A DNA stretch of 44,705 nucleotides from Coniocarpon cinnabarinum (taxonomy: Eukaryota): assembly GCA_051942205.1 (NCBI GenBank), contig JAVECO010000024.1, positions 124,001 to 168,705 on the forward strand, read 5' to 3'. Shown in pieces: positions 1 through 10,263 of this stretch. Position 1 is the first letter of the stretch. The number at the start of each line of letters is the position of its first letter. The notes beneath the pieces were generated by a model that saw nothing but the letters and a program-made list of their open reading frames with translations, made no database searches and was not told where the DNA came from. The translations under genes and the position numbers were made by a program.

Positions 1-123
1 AAGAGATCATTTGGTTTATTGCTTTATCGGGTAATTTGCCATGAGTATACTGGGATGGAATCTTGGAGGTCTTCTAATGCTTCACTGCTCACTGGGATTT
101 CGTGAACAGTGTAACACCTCGCC

Positions 124-495
124 ATGCGTGTGAATGGTAAATCCTGGTCTTGAGCTGCTCATCGGATTACGGCTGACGCCTCACCAGGAAAGAACTGGCA
201 TGCGCCACGCCAACCGCTCCGATCCGCTTTCAAAAGTGTGCGACGCGCCTCGTCCAGCTCAAACTACTTGGAGCGCATGGCAAAGACACAGGCCACCGCG
301 ACTACCAAGGCCAAAGAGCGGGAGATGAAAGACGAAAAAGAGGCCGTGCGACAGCTGCACATCCAGAACATCAAAGAACGACGTGCGAAGAGAGAGGAGA
401 AAGAGCGATATGAGAAATTGCAGGAAAAGATGCATCGAAAGCGTGTGGAAAGGTTGAAGAAACGAGAGAAGAGGAACAAATTGCTCAACTCATGA
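124..495 (+). CDS. CGR1: rRNA-processing protein Cgr1 (2 exons: 124-136, 188-495)
   Basis: Intron 137-187 (GTAAAT...GCTGAC...CAG) joins MRVNG to KNWHAP. The basic coiled-coil C-terminus [38 protein letters not shown] matches the Cgr1 family. In-frame TAA at 112-114 fixes the start. Confidence 0.92.
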
Positions 496-585
496 GACGC
501 GTGACGAAAATCGACGGCAATCAGCGCAGGCGTTGGGAAGATGTGTGCCAGTAGAACACAGGGTATCATTGTCATTGAAAAATCA

Positions 586-2094
586 TCAAGGCCTCTTCTC
601 GGGCTGTTTGTACTCCTCCTGACTCCCTTCTGATGTGGTTTCACTGCTCTCCACGGCTTGACCCTCTTCTTCACTGTTCTCATCGTTGGCGATCAGAATG
701 CCGCGATATTCTGCGCCATTTGCTGTTTGGACGACATCCAGTTTCCAAGGCTGACCTGGCCGAACATTCTCAGCCCACTCCTCGGTCTGTAGGATGTAGT
801 CCTCGATCTGCTCCAGTGAGTGCGTCAGATCGTGCTTTCGGATCTCGCGCTCATTCATGATTGTCGTCTGCTTGCCGTCTGAAGAAGCCAACGTAGCAAT
901 GTACTTTTCTTGCTTTGGATCCATTTTTGGTGGTCGAGCGAGCTTGGTGGCTTTGATGGTTCTCTCTGGCGTTCCTCCAACGAGCTTCTGCCCGCCGAGC
1001 TCGATACCTCCCACGATCGGCCGTCTTCGTGGTTGGCCCTCTTCGGGGGGACCATTCTCCTGCTCGGACTTGAACAGCTCGTAGGCAGCTTGTGCGGCCT
1101 TGCCTTTCTTCCAGGCGTCTTCTTCATCTGGACTCACAATCTCCTGGCAAGTGATTGGATTCGGTCTGCTTATCTGTGGCGGCAGAAACGCAGCTTCATT
1201 GCAAAGTTTCGGGGTATGGATGACCATCAGATAGGAGCAAGTGGCAACCTCCTTCACCATGCTTATCCGATCGCCAAAGTTGGGATTACAGTGGTACTGG
1301 ACCTCGATCTGACGCGCGTCTCCTGTCAAATCACATTTCGTGCCACCCCCAAGCTTCTGCACGAGGAAGTTGGATTCACCCCTTGTTTGTAAATGTGCCG
1401 ACATATCTGCATCTGACGAAGCTGTTTTGGTCTCTTCGTTTTGATCTCGAGTCACAAGCTCATCGTTCTTCTTTTCATCGTTCTGGAATCTTCCCAGCTC
1501 AAAATTTGTCACCGCTGGATCAGGCGTTGGTGGATACAAGGGTCGGCCGCGCGTGGGAGGTAGCGGGTGGAATTGGCTGATTTGTTCGCCATAGCAGAAT
1601 GCGTATAACCACCAGCCCGTTCCCGAGTACAGACAATTTCCCTTCATATCCTGCAACAGCCTCGAGCCTGAATCCGAGGCCTTGATTAAATCCTGCTGCT
1701 GCATAGATTCGACTGTGCTATTGTCTTCTGATTGTGAAGAGACTTGAGGTATTGCGCACAGGAACGGCCGGTCATGCAAGACCATGCGCTCATAGGTGCC
1801 GTCTGACGTGTGCTCTTGAGTTCCTTCTCCAAGCACTTGCTGCTGCTTGATCAAGTCCAACGAAGTCTTTTCACTTCGATCCACTCCAAGCTCGAGCTTC
1901 TTTGAAGCCTCACCAAGACCCACGAAGCTTTCAGAGAAGACGACTTCATACTTCACAGAGGTTAGCTGCTGCTAACACGAGCAAAGGCGTAGACGAACCT
2001 GAGGAAAGGCAAAGAGGTCCGAGTTGACGGAGAAAGCATGCTGTGCAGCGATTGCCAGCCGTAGCGTCACCGGCAAGGTCCAGAAATACTTCAT
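586..2094 (-). CDS. YOS9: OS-9/Yos9 ER lectin (MRH/PRKCSH domain); exons 2094-1999 and 1950-586
   Basis: Signal-peptide exon MKYFWTLPVTLRLAIAAQHAFSVNSDLFAFPQ, intron 1998-1951 (GTTCGT...CTAAC...AAG). Motifs CLYSGTGWWLYAFCYG...QFH, GGTKCDLTG..RQIEVQYHC and VKEVATCSYLMVIHTPKLC. Confidence 0.93.
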
Positions 2095-2265
2095 ATTAAT
2101 TAACGGTGCCGTGGAAATCGCATAGAATAAATCTTCAGACGAGGCTTCCTTCGTATCTGTAATGCGCTCGTGCTTGGTTGTTTACCAGACACTGGAGGAA
2201 GAGCTATTATTGCCGCCCCCGCGTTCTTTCCGCGCGGCAGCAGCACCTGAAGAGAAAAGTACGGT

Positions 2266-2412
2266 CACGTAGTTCAGCAATTGTCACTTTCCCTTTCGAT
2301 CTTCCTTTCGTCCAATTCAGTCATTTCAAGCTTGTCCCTGTGAATAGGTTACGTTCTGACTTCAACTTCACTTCACACCAGCATCTAGACGCTACCTATG
2401 TATTCGCACGTA
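2266..2412 (-). promoter_or_regulatory. Two UPRE-2-like TACGTG hexamers upstream of YOS9
   Basis: CACGTA on + at 2266-2271 and 2407-2412. ERAD genes are typical Hac1 targets, but hexamers occur often by chance. Confidence 0.25.
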
Positions 2413-2849
2413 CCAAGTGTATGTCTAGCGCCTCGAGCACCAATCATGGCTGTTCAAGTGCTCATCAGTGACGGTGATACTTTGAGTAATTCGCGTGAAG
2501 AAAGATGCCATCCATGCTCACCAAACTGCGACAACGTATGCAGGCCATTCCAACGTTTTCGCTCCAGACCCAATGACTTTAGAATGAGACGGCGCTACTA
2601 GAAAACCCACGCATTGCATGCATGTTGCTGGTGATCGACCACCATATCCTGTGAAGGTCTGGCTGGGGTTGGCTTTAAATCAGATGAATCCATCACCTCA
2701 TAAACACGTCACCATGCCAACGGCTAAGTCTATCGCTACGAAGGACTGCCAATATCTGTCGTTGCCCTGACTCAGCCAACACACTACGCCCATCTTTTCA
2801 GCAAGCGGGTCAGACCCCGATAAGCCAAATACAGTTGCAAATAGCAGAC

Positions 2850-4571
2850 ATGGCCGGACCGAAGCATTGCTCCCGTGGTCATATGCAGCGATGGAACGTG
2901 GAAGCTGACCGCTTTATTGAAAGCGTCATTGTTCATATCCACACAATCTACGGTGATGATCCACGCTGGCATCACCTGTTGATGCGACAGGTCCTCTCAG
3001 TCACGAAGAAAATCTGCGACGACAATCGATCGGGCAGCCTCAGCGCAGCATACGAAAGTTGTCACTCGTCTTCAGACTCATCATGCGCCTCGCACAATGT
3101 AGTAGACGGTAAGTATCGCTAATATATCTGACAATGCTTGACTATGTGTGTCGCACTCCGCCGTCGCACCTGATCATGACGGAACAACATCAAAACACTA
3201 AAGCTAATGCTGCACATGCAGACGGCTATACTCAGCAGTGGCAACACCAGATCGATCTGATTGCAGGCTATCCCGCTCACCCGCAACGCCAACCAGAACC
3301 TCCTTTAGCCACGCAGCGCAGCAGTGGGCAACTGCCATCCAAACCAAACGCGAAACCTCCGCGATCATTTCAGAGCTCAAGTCTGAAGCGCAAAGTCGAT
3401 TTCGACGACGACACGCCACGAAAACGTCAAGCGAGATGTGTGGTCAACGACATTGCGGATGGCGATAGCAACAGAAGGTCAACGACTTCCACTGGTCGTA
3501 GCAGCGTTTCAATGAGGCAGCATACTATATCGAGCTCGCTGAGACGATCTTCAGCCTCTACCTCGCTGGGTTCTCAAACTTCAAGCCTATCGTCCATATT
3601 CCCTCCAGGACGTGGCGGAGCTGCGCCACGACTGAAGCCTCCCCAACCGCCACCGAATGAGCATCTCGGCGACATTGAAGATGACACAGCGGACGAGACT
3701 TTGTTTTTTACACCTATGCCGTCCAAACGGACCGACAAATTGAGCCCGGATAAGGAGCTGCGCCAGTCGAGAATGAGCGCTGCTCCTACAGAATCTATGG
3801 AAACAACGCAGTCCGAATCAACAAGAATCATTGAAAAGCCCTCGTCCCCACCGCAAAGCCCTGCATCGTCCTCACGCCCTACGCGCTTCAAGGAACACGT
3901 CGAGGAGTCGGGTGAACGAAATGATCCGGTCAACATCGACGTCCGTGCACCGCTTCGCTTCGCGCCCGCGATGGTTGATCCGGAGGTCATCATGCACATA
4001 CCTCAGGGCTACCCGGGCAATCTTCCAATCCCTCTCAAAGTGTCCAATGCTGTGCTTCGCCTCTTCAGCACTTGGAGCTCCGCGCAAGATGACCCAAAGG
4101 AGGACACCAAAAGGGATGATTGGCGCTTGTGAGTGCTCGATTAGCCTCGTCATACGTAGATGGTTATGCTGACAGATATTTCCAAGACCTAATGAGCAAT
4201 ACCTAGCATTCTGTGTTCTATGCCATCTCCGACAAAACGACAAGTCTGTCAGAGGCTGCTTCGATGAGAAGTGCAGACTCACCCAAGACGGCGCTTCTGC
4301 AGCATCAGCAATGAAGAAGAGGGCATCAGATTCCGAAACACGACGGCAGTGCACTGCTTGTAGCTTCTGCGTGGATCTCGGCCTGCCCTGTGTAAAAGCA
4401 GAGGTCGTGACATACATCTCTGAACCGGGCGTCGTGGGAAAGAAGCTAAAACTTTGGGTCCTCCCGTTACCTAGCGAGATGCGTGCAGATGCGGATCCTG
4501 GGGATGAAAGATTTTGGATTAGGGACGACAAGGTGGGGAGGCGCTCGTCGGTGAGGTCAATTGGGGCCTGA
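2850..4571 (+). CDS. Uncharacterised protein: long Ser/Pro-rich disordered region plus C-terminal Cys-rich domain; exons 2850-3108, 3222-4128, 4187-4571
   Basis: Intron 3109-3221 (GTAAGT...GCTAAT...CAG) and intron 4129-4186 (GTGAGT...GCTGAC...AAG) join three ORF-track ORFs in frame. The C-terminus reads CVLC...C....C...CTACSFCVDLGLPC...LWVLPLP...DPGDERFW. Start codon uncertain. Confidence 0.7.
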
Positions 4572-5452
4572 GGTCTTCACGAAATGCATTTTCAGCAGAG
4601 GCGATGCTGTTGTCGCAGTGACATGGGCGCGTGTGAGCCGCACTCGGATTGCTATGACAGAATATGCTACAGTAGCGCTTGACGCCGAGAGTTATATGAG
4701 CACAGTACCTTCTCTATTCGCGTGTCACCTACAGAATGCTAAGCTGACAGCGTATAGCCTTTGAGCCTTGAGAAGTACCAAGACTTTGCACTGTGGCTAG
4801 CAGTAATTCCGTGGTATAGCAAATGCCGAGTGCTGATTTAACCCTTTGCCATGTATTTAACGCTATTCGCAGCTCTGCCGGCCCACATTCTAGGCAGAAA
4901 AAACACGCTCTTGGGCTCAGGTTTAGGATACCGCTTAGCGCCCTCCCATGTAGCATTCTATTTTGCTGCAAAATCGGTCGTTCTGAGCGTGAAATTAGAA
5001 CAGCATTGTCTCTGCGCTCAAGGGAAGCCCAGCTATTGGAAGGCCCAACCATCGTTTTGAGGATCAACCGATGTAGTGCAAGTAGCTCTCAACTCCCATA
5101 AATTGGCATGTTGTTACGATGACTAAGAGGTGTTCAAGCTGTCGAATTGCGCCGCAATGCCGATGCCCATTCCGACGCGTACACCAACCACGAGAGACCA
5201 AGATGTTATTCATGAAGCCCACACGAGCAAGTCCTCGGCGACAGTGACACAGTTGGTGAACCTATAATCGGTATCAATTCATTTACAGTAGTCGTGCTTA
5301 CTCTGGAAATGCTTCGCTTGCTTGCTCTAACATGACAAAGGTTTATCTAATCCGGCTCGTCGATTCGTAAATGTTCACTACTCCGCGCAAGGTTCCATCA
5401 AACCCAATGCGTAATCTTCAAAAAGCCTCGCTTTCAATCGTTACGTTCATTT

Positions 5453-7195
5453 CTAATCCGCATGTGCATGCCTCGGTATCCTTGGCAACGTCAACCAAAC
5501 ACCCAGCAGCACCGCAATCAGTCCCAGAACAATCGGTTGCAGCGTTTGCACGCCAGCCTGCGAGCATAGTCAGCGTTTCATATTTGAAGATCAAGAGCAC
5601 AAGGGATGCGAGGTCACTGACCTTTTGCGCCACCGCACCCACACCAAACGGCAACACCGCCGCGCCGATTCCACCAATACTCGCACTGATCCCAATAGCA
5701 GCGACGTGCAACCTCTGCGGCAGGATCTTCGTCGTTGCAACAATGCTTGCAGGAAAGAGCGGGCCCATGAAGAAGCCGAGAAGTCCAACGGCGACCGCGC
5801 TCACCACGAATTGCGGCACGAGCCAAAAGATGAGTTCCATGCCCATGCTCAGAAGCAGGTAGGCGCTGACAGCGATCTTCTCGCCAATCCGAGGGGTGAC
5901 GAAGCCCAGCACGACACGCCCGAGGGTGATGCCAAGCCAGAAACCGGTAGCGGTCAGACCAGATGGAAAGGGTTCACCGTGGCGAATCTGTCGCATGAAC
6001 TCGATGATCCAGCCACCGAGCGTGACCTCTGTGCCCACATATGCAAGCAAAAATGCGCTGCAAATCCAAGTCACCTTCTTGCCCACTGCCGCACGAGCTC
6101 CACCCTTCTCCTCGCCCGAACTCTCGTTCTCCTCACGGAATTTGGCGCCCGTGTCCGTCCAGAATGTAGCCAGTGTCGTTGCAAATTCCAGTGCTACTAA
6201 GCCGACCATGACATAATAAAAGGTGAACCACCCTTTACCGGCGCGCTCAACCAGCGCTGACACAATCAATGGGGCTATCGTAGCGCCGAGGCCGTAGAAA
6301 CCATGCATGAAGCCGAGGAGTTCATTGGCGGCGCTCAGGTTGCCGACCCAAGCGTTCCAGCCGGCGTCGACGAGACCGATGCCTAAACCCACAAGGCCGT
6401 AGATGACGACAACGACGGGGTAGGGTGGATGGAACGACAGGACTAGATAGGCGATAATGCGGGGTAGTGTGCCGAGAACAGCAATGCCGCGGCGGCCGAG
6501 ACGGACGTGGAGTGGATTCGAGACGAGGGCGGCTGTGGCGTAGCCGGCGAAGGGAGTGAGGAAGATGAGGGAGACCGTGGTGTAGTTAATGTCTGTAGTA
6601 GAGGTAGTGTCAGTCGTGATGCAGTCCAAGAGACTCTCTCTCAGTATTGGAATAAATTGTAAGAAGCTGAACGGGCAGTATGAGGGGAATTTGCTCATCT
6701 GTCAACCACATGCTAACATTTTCATTGCTCAGGGCTTGCTCCTCTTTCTTTGGCGATGTCAAGCCAAAACTTTTGTAACTGACAAAACCCAGGTGCCGTG
6801 AGTCTCACTGGCCACGTTTTGCCCATACAAGAACATTCTCGAGGTGATCTTCGCCCAGAGACTTTCCAACGACGAATGCAATAGCAATTGTCGGTGATAA
6901 ATGTAAAGAAAGATGATCACTCACTATAATAAGGTTGCAAGGATGGTAACAGGGCACCGTACGATGCATCATTCATACCGCAATTGATGAATGCCAGGAA
7001 GACAGAAGCCAGCTTGTAGACATTTTTCTTGGGGTTGTTCCACTGTTCTTGGACACGAAAGACACGAGCTTGTTGGGGAGAGCCGGGTTCGCTGTCGACA
7101 GGAGAAGTCGAGGCCGCTGTCGAGGCCACACCGCGAACATCTTGGAGGGTCAAGGCGTGCGCAGGCTCTTGCAGAGTGACTTGTGTGGCCGTCAT
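5453..7195 (-). CDS. MFS transporter, Bsc6/fucose-permease-like; exons 7195-6925, 6592-5622, 5557-5453
   Basis: Motifs GMNDASYGALLP, YY-NINYTTVSLIFLTPFAGY, DAGWNAWVG, HGFYGLGATIAP, YVGTEVTLGGW, TGFWLGITLGR and GPLFP; about 12 hydrophobic segments. Introns 6924-6593 and 5621-5558 are canonical. Alternative in-frame ATG at 7243. Confidence 0.9.
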
Positions 7196-8066
7196 GATGT
7201 GAGAAAGCAGCGACGTTGACGGTTGGCGAGGATGCCATGCCAACGAGACGAGATGGAGGTGATATATGAGAGGCGGGGTCTCACCGCATACCTCGAGAGT
7301 CTAAAACCAGAAGCAGGCTCGGAGTCAAGGCTTGGCATCGACTCCGCACCCACGCTTCGACTTTTCGGACTGCGGAATGCGTCACAGCCCCTTTCATCCC
7401 CTGAACTCGGTATCGTTCATTGGACCTCGTGGTGTCGCTGACTGATGGCACATGCCTCCGGGAGATACTCGAATTCGGTGAGTTTGAAACCATTCAACCC
7501 GTAAAGCTGTGTCGAACAGCCACACGACTGGATCGAGCAGCACGTGCAGAGGTTGCATGGCATTCCAGCAGCCTCCAAGACCAGCTCGTGGAGTAGCAAG
7601 CTGCCAAGCTCTGAATACGAGCTTATGGGGCCTCATTGCCAAAGTCCCTAGGCTTGAAGCCGCCGCATCGAGCTCTGACTACGTGCTAGGGCCTTGGCTG
7701 CTGGCAGTGAGCGGCGCTGCCCATCTCTCGCTGAGGAGACTCTCCATTCGTTGGCCCCATAACGTCCAGACGAAGGAACGTTGTCCTCCTACCTGCTTGG
7801 TCGGACGGTGACGTGGGTGATGATCAGGGACGCATGAAATGTCGTCTCTCACAAGACAAGTCCCACAAAGTATGTCATCTGACGGCGAAGCAACGAATGC
7901 TCAGCACCAGCGTTCAAGATGCACTGTCAGTCAGGGTTGGAGGCCGTGTCTCCCTCCGTCGTCGGGGCAAACACACGGTCATCCATGGGAGCCCAGCTAC
8001 CGCCGCAGACCCCGCCTGCACTCTTTGCTACAGCGGGTGAGCACAAGCAAGGTCGACGGAGTCAAG

Positions 8067-9101
8067 TCAGACATCCCTCCATTCCACCATCTTTCGCAAG
8101 TCAGGGTCCCACCGATGTGGGGGGCCCGCGCCCACGTTGTATTGATAGTAATTCTCTGATCCACCCTTGACCATGGCCTTGCGGAAGGTGATGTTGATTC
8201 GACCGCCGTCGCCCTGCCCACCCTTCCGCTTCGGTATCGAATGCAGCCATTGGCCCTGTGTCTCACCGCGCATGAGCACCATGTCACCTGACGCCAGAGG
8301 CAGCTTCAATGGCTTATCGTCCGTCTTCCCGTTTGACCCAGTCCCGTCGTTCGCTGCTGCTGGCGGCTTGGGCTTAGGCTTCATCAGGAAATCGCGTTTG
8401 CTCCCGAGTGAGAAGCTGGCAATGGCCGGCTTTGGACCCAGGAAGCGCTCATCATCGCTATGATAGCTGATGCTGTCATTCCCGTCGGCATAATAATTCA
8501 CGAGGCAGAAATTGAACGTCTCGCCCGTCACAGCTTCAGTCGCATGCCGAAGTGTCTCGAGACAGTCGGGGATTGGCCGTGGCTGACGAGCGTATTTCTT
8601 CGGGTCAACAGGCTTGCTCGTGGAGGAGTCAAGCAGCTTAGCTTCGGTGGCTGGGCTTTCTACGTGCCATTTCGACGTCTCATCGACACCAAAGACGGTC
8701 GTGAATCGAGGGGTGTTAATGTCCGTTTCAAGCGCACCACGTTTAATCTTGTACTTGACGCGGTAGAAGAAAAGCTTGTCGCGGAGAAAGCGGAAGAGGT
8801 GTTGCGCGACTTTGCGATCGACGAAAGGTTCGAAGTAAAGCAGGTCGAGATGAGGACGGTTGTGGATGTGTCTAGCGTCTACAGCTGGCGAATATTGGAG
8901 GCTGCTAGCTATGTTCGACGGCAGAGCCGGGGCCGGAAAGGGATATGAGCTATGGGTTGTCGGAGGTTCACTAGACTCGTCGTCGTCGGTCTCGTTAATA
9001 CTTGTCGCTGGCTGCGCGGGTGACTCTGGCGATGCCAGTGGCTCTACTTTGGCTTTCTTATTGGGGGTTTGAAAGAACCCGTCTAGAGTTCGCTTGGACA
9101 T
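8067..9101 (-). CDS. AlkB-family 2OG-Fe(II) dioxygenase (ALKBH2/3-like DNA oxidative demethylase)
   Basis: Intronless 344 aa ORF. Motifs FNFCLVNYYADGNDSISYHSDDE (HxD), IASFSLG..RDF, GDMVLMRGETQ..WLHSIPKR (distal His) and RINITFR (RxxxxxR). N-terminal basic NLS-like PNKKAK. Confidence 0.93.
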   Translation of the reverse strand: MSKRTLDGFFQTPNKKAKVEPLASPESPAQPATSINETDDDESSEPPTTHSSYPFPAPALPSNIASSLQYSPAVDARHIHNRPHLDLLYFEPFVDRKVAQHLFRFLRDKLFFYRVKYKIKRGALETDINTPRFTTVFGVDETSKWHVESPATEAKLLDSSTSKPVDPKKYARQPRPIPDCLETLRHATEAVTGETFNFCLVNYYADGNDSISYHSDDERFLGPKPAIASFSLGSKRDFLMKPKPKPPAAANDGTGSNGKTDDKPLKLPLASGDMVLMRGETQGQWLHSIPKRKGGQGDGGRINITFRKAMVKGGSENYYQYNVGAGPPHRWDPDLRKMVEWRDV

Positions 9102-9192
9102 CTGTTTCGGCTGGAAAGTAACACTTATGCGAGTATCTTGTCAAGGTAGCTATCGCTTCCCGTTTGAGAACCGAGATGGCTGGCAAGATGAG

Positions 9193-9299
9193 TGACGTCA
9201 ACGCGTCAAGATCTGGGACGCGTCTGCTCCAATTTCGTGAAAATGTCAGTGACAAAGGAAATGTGTTGGTGCGCTGCAAGGGAGATTGCAATGACGTCG
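9193..9299. promoter_or_regulatory. Bidirectional promoter motifs: CRE (TGACGTCA 9193-9200), two MCB boxes (ACGCGT 9201-9206 and 9218-9223), near-CRE TGACGTCG at about 9292
   Basis: Motifs read directly in the 290-bp gap between the AlkB gene and the divergent ORF. Function is inferred from the yeast MBF and Atf1 consensus sites. Confidence 0.45.
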
Positions 9300-9391
9300 G
9301 TAGAATGTCGTGACTGCTACCCAGTGCTTTGTTGCGTCTTCTTCGATGATTGACTGTGATTGCGCACTGATTGCCCGCATCTGCTTCGACC

Positions 9392-10132
9392 ATGCCTAAA
9401 GCTCCTTCAGCGCGAAGCACGCGCTCAACTGCAGCAAGAGCATCGCCCACCAAGTCCTCGAAACCGAAAACATCCAAAGCCCCCAAAGCTTCACAATCCA
9501 ACTCGGACGATGATGCGCACGAACCCAAGCAACATTACAACAAGTCCGATCCAAAAGCCTCCCACCTCTACACCGATGACAATCCTGCTACCACGCTCCA
9601 TGGCACCGGCTTCAAGGATGCCGCCACCGCCCAGAAGACCTTGGAGCTCGTCACCAAGCGCTCTCTGACTTATCAGTTCCAGACCATCAACACCATGTTT
9701 CACCGCGCCAAGAATCACCCGCATTCAGACGGCAACGCTGACATCGAGGCCGCCATGTCAGTCTTTCGCAAGTGGCTGGACGAGACGTATCCCAGGGCCA
9801 AAGAAGAGCGCAAAGACTTCAAGCCACTGTTGAGCAAGAAGACGGTGCAGCGCTACTTAGACACGATCAAAAAAGCCAAGGTGGACAGCAGCTTTGCGGA
9901 GGTTTACGTGAGCTTGCCACCCCGGAAGCGGCTGGCGAACGTTCTGGTGGATGAGAAGCACCCAGAGGAGCCGGACTGGGAGAAGAACAGAGAAAACAAG
10001 CTCATAGAATTGACAAAGAAAACGGGCGAGAAGCCGAGCGAGGATGAGTTGTGGGAGGATGAAAAGCCCACAGAGTGGCATTTGGAGTGCATTGCGTGGG
10101 CTTGGAGTCCAGTCTCGGAACGCAAGCTCTGA
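9392..10132 (+). CDS. Uncharacterised protein with conserved-looking SHLYTDDNPATTLHGTGFKD...QTINTMFHRAK motif
   Basis: Intronless 246 aa ORF, ATG in good context (ACCATGC), strong GC3 codon bias. Basic disordered N-terminus, globular core and C-terminal PTEWHLECIAWAWSP. Confidence 0.85.
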   Translation: MPKAPSARSTRSTAARASPTKSSKPKTSKAPKASQSNSDDDAHEPKQHYNKSDPKASHLYTDDNPATTLHGTGFKDAATAQKTLELVTKRSLTYQFQTINTMFHRAKNHPHSDGNADIEAAMSVFRKWLDETYPRAKEERKDFKPLLSKKTVQRYLDTIKKAKVDSSFAEVYVSLPPRKRLANVLVDEKHPEEPDWEKNRENKLIELTKKTGEKPSEDELWEDEKPTEWHLECIAWAWSPVSERKL

Positions 10133-10263
10133 TACCCTTCACGGCACTATGTTAGAGAATCGCTTGACTGAGAATTCCAGATCGTGCGTCAAACAATTTG
10201 CTATAGTACATGATCCATCCGCCGCTCGATACTATTACAATGAAGGAGGCTGAGAATAGACTG

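Noticed and set aside
10118..10132. Peroxisomal PTS1 (ends ERKL) or TGA-CTA readthrough signals at gene ends
   Set aside because: RKL is not a canonical PTS1, and none of the stop codons I checked is followed by CTA.
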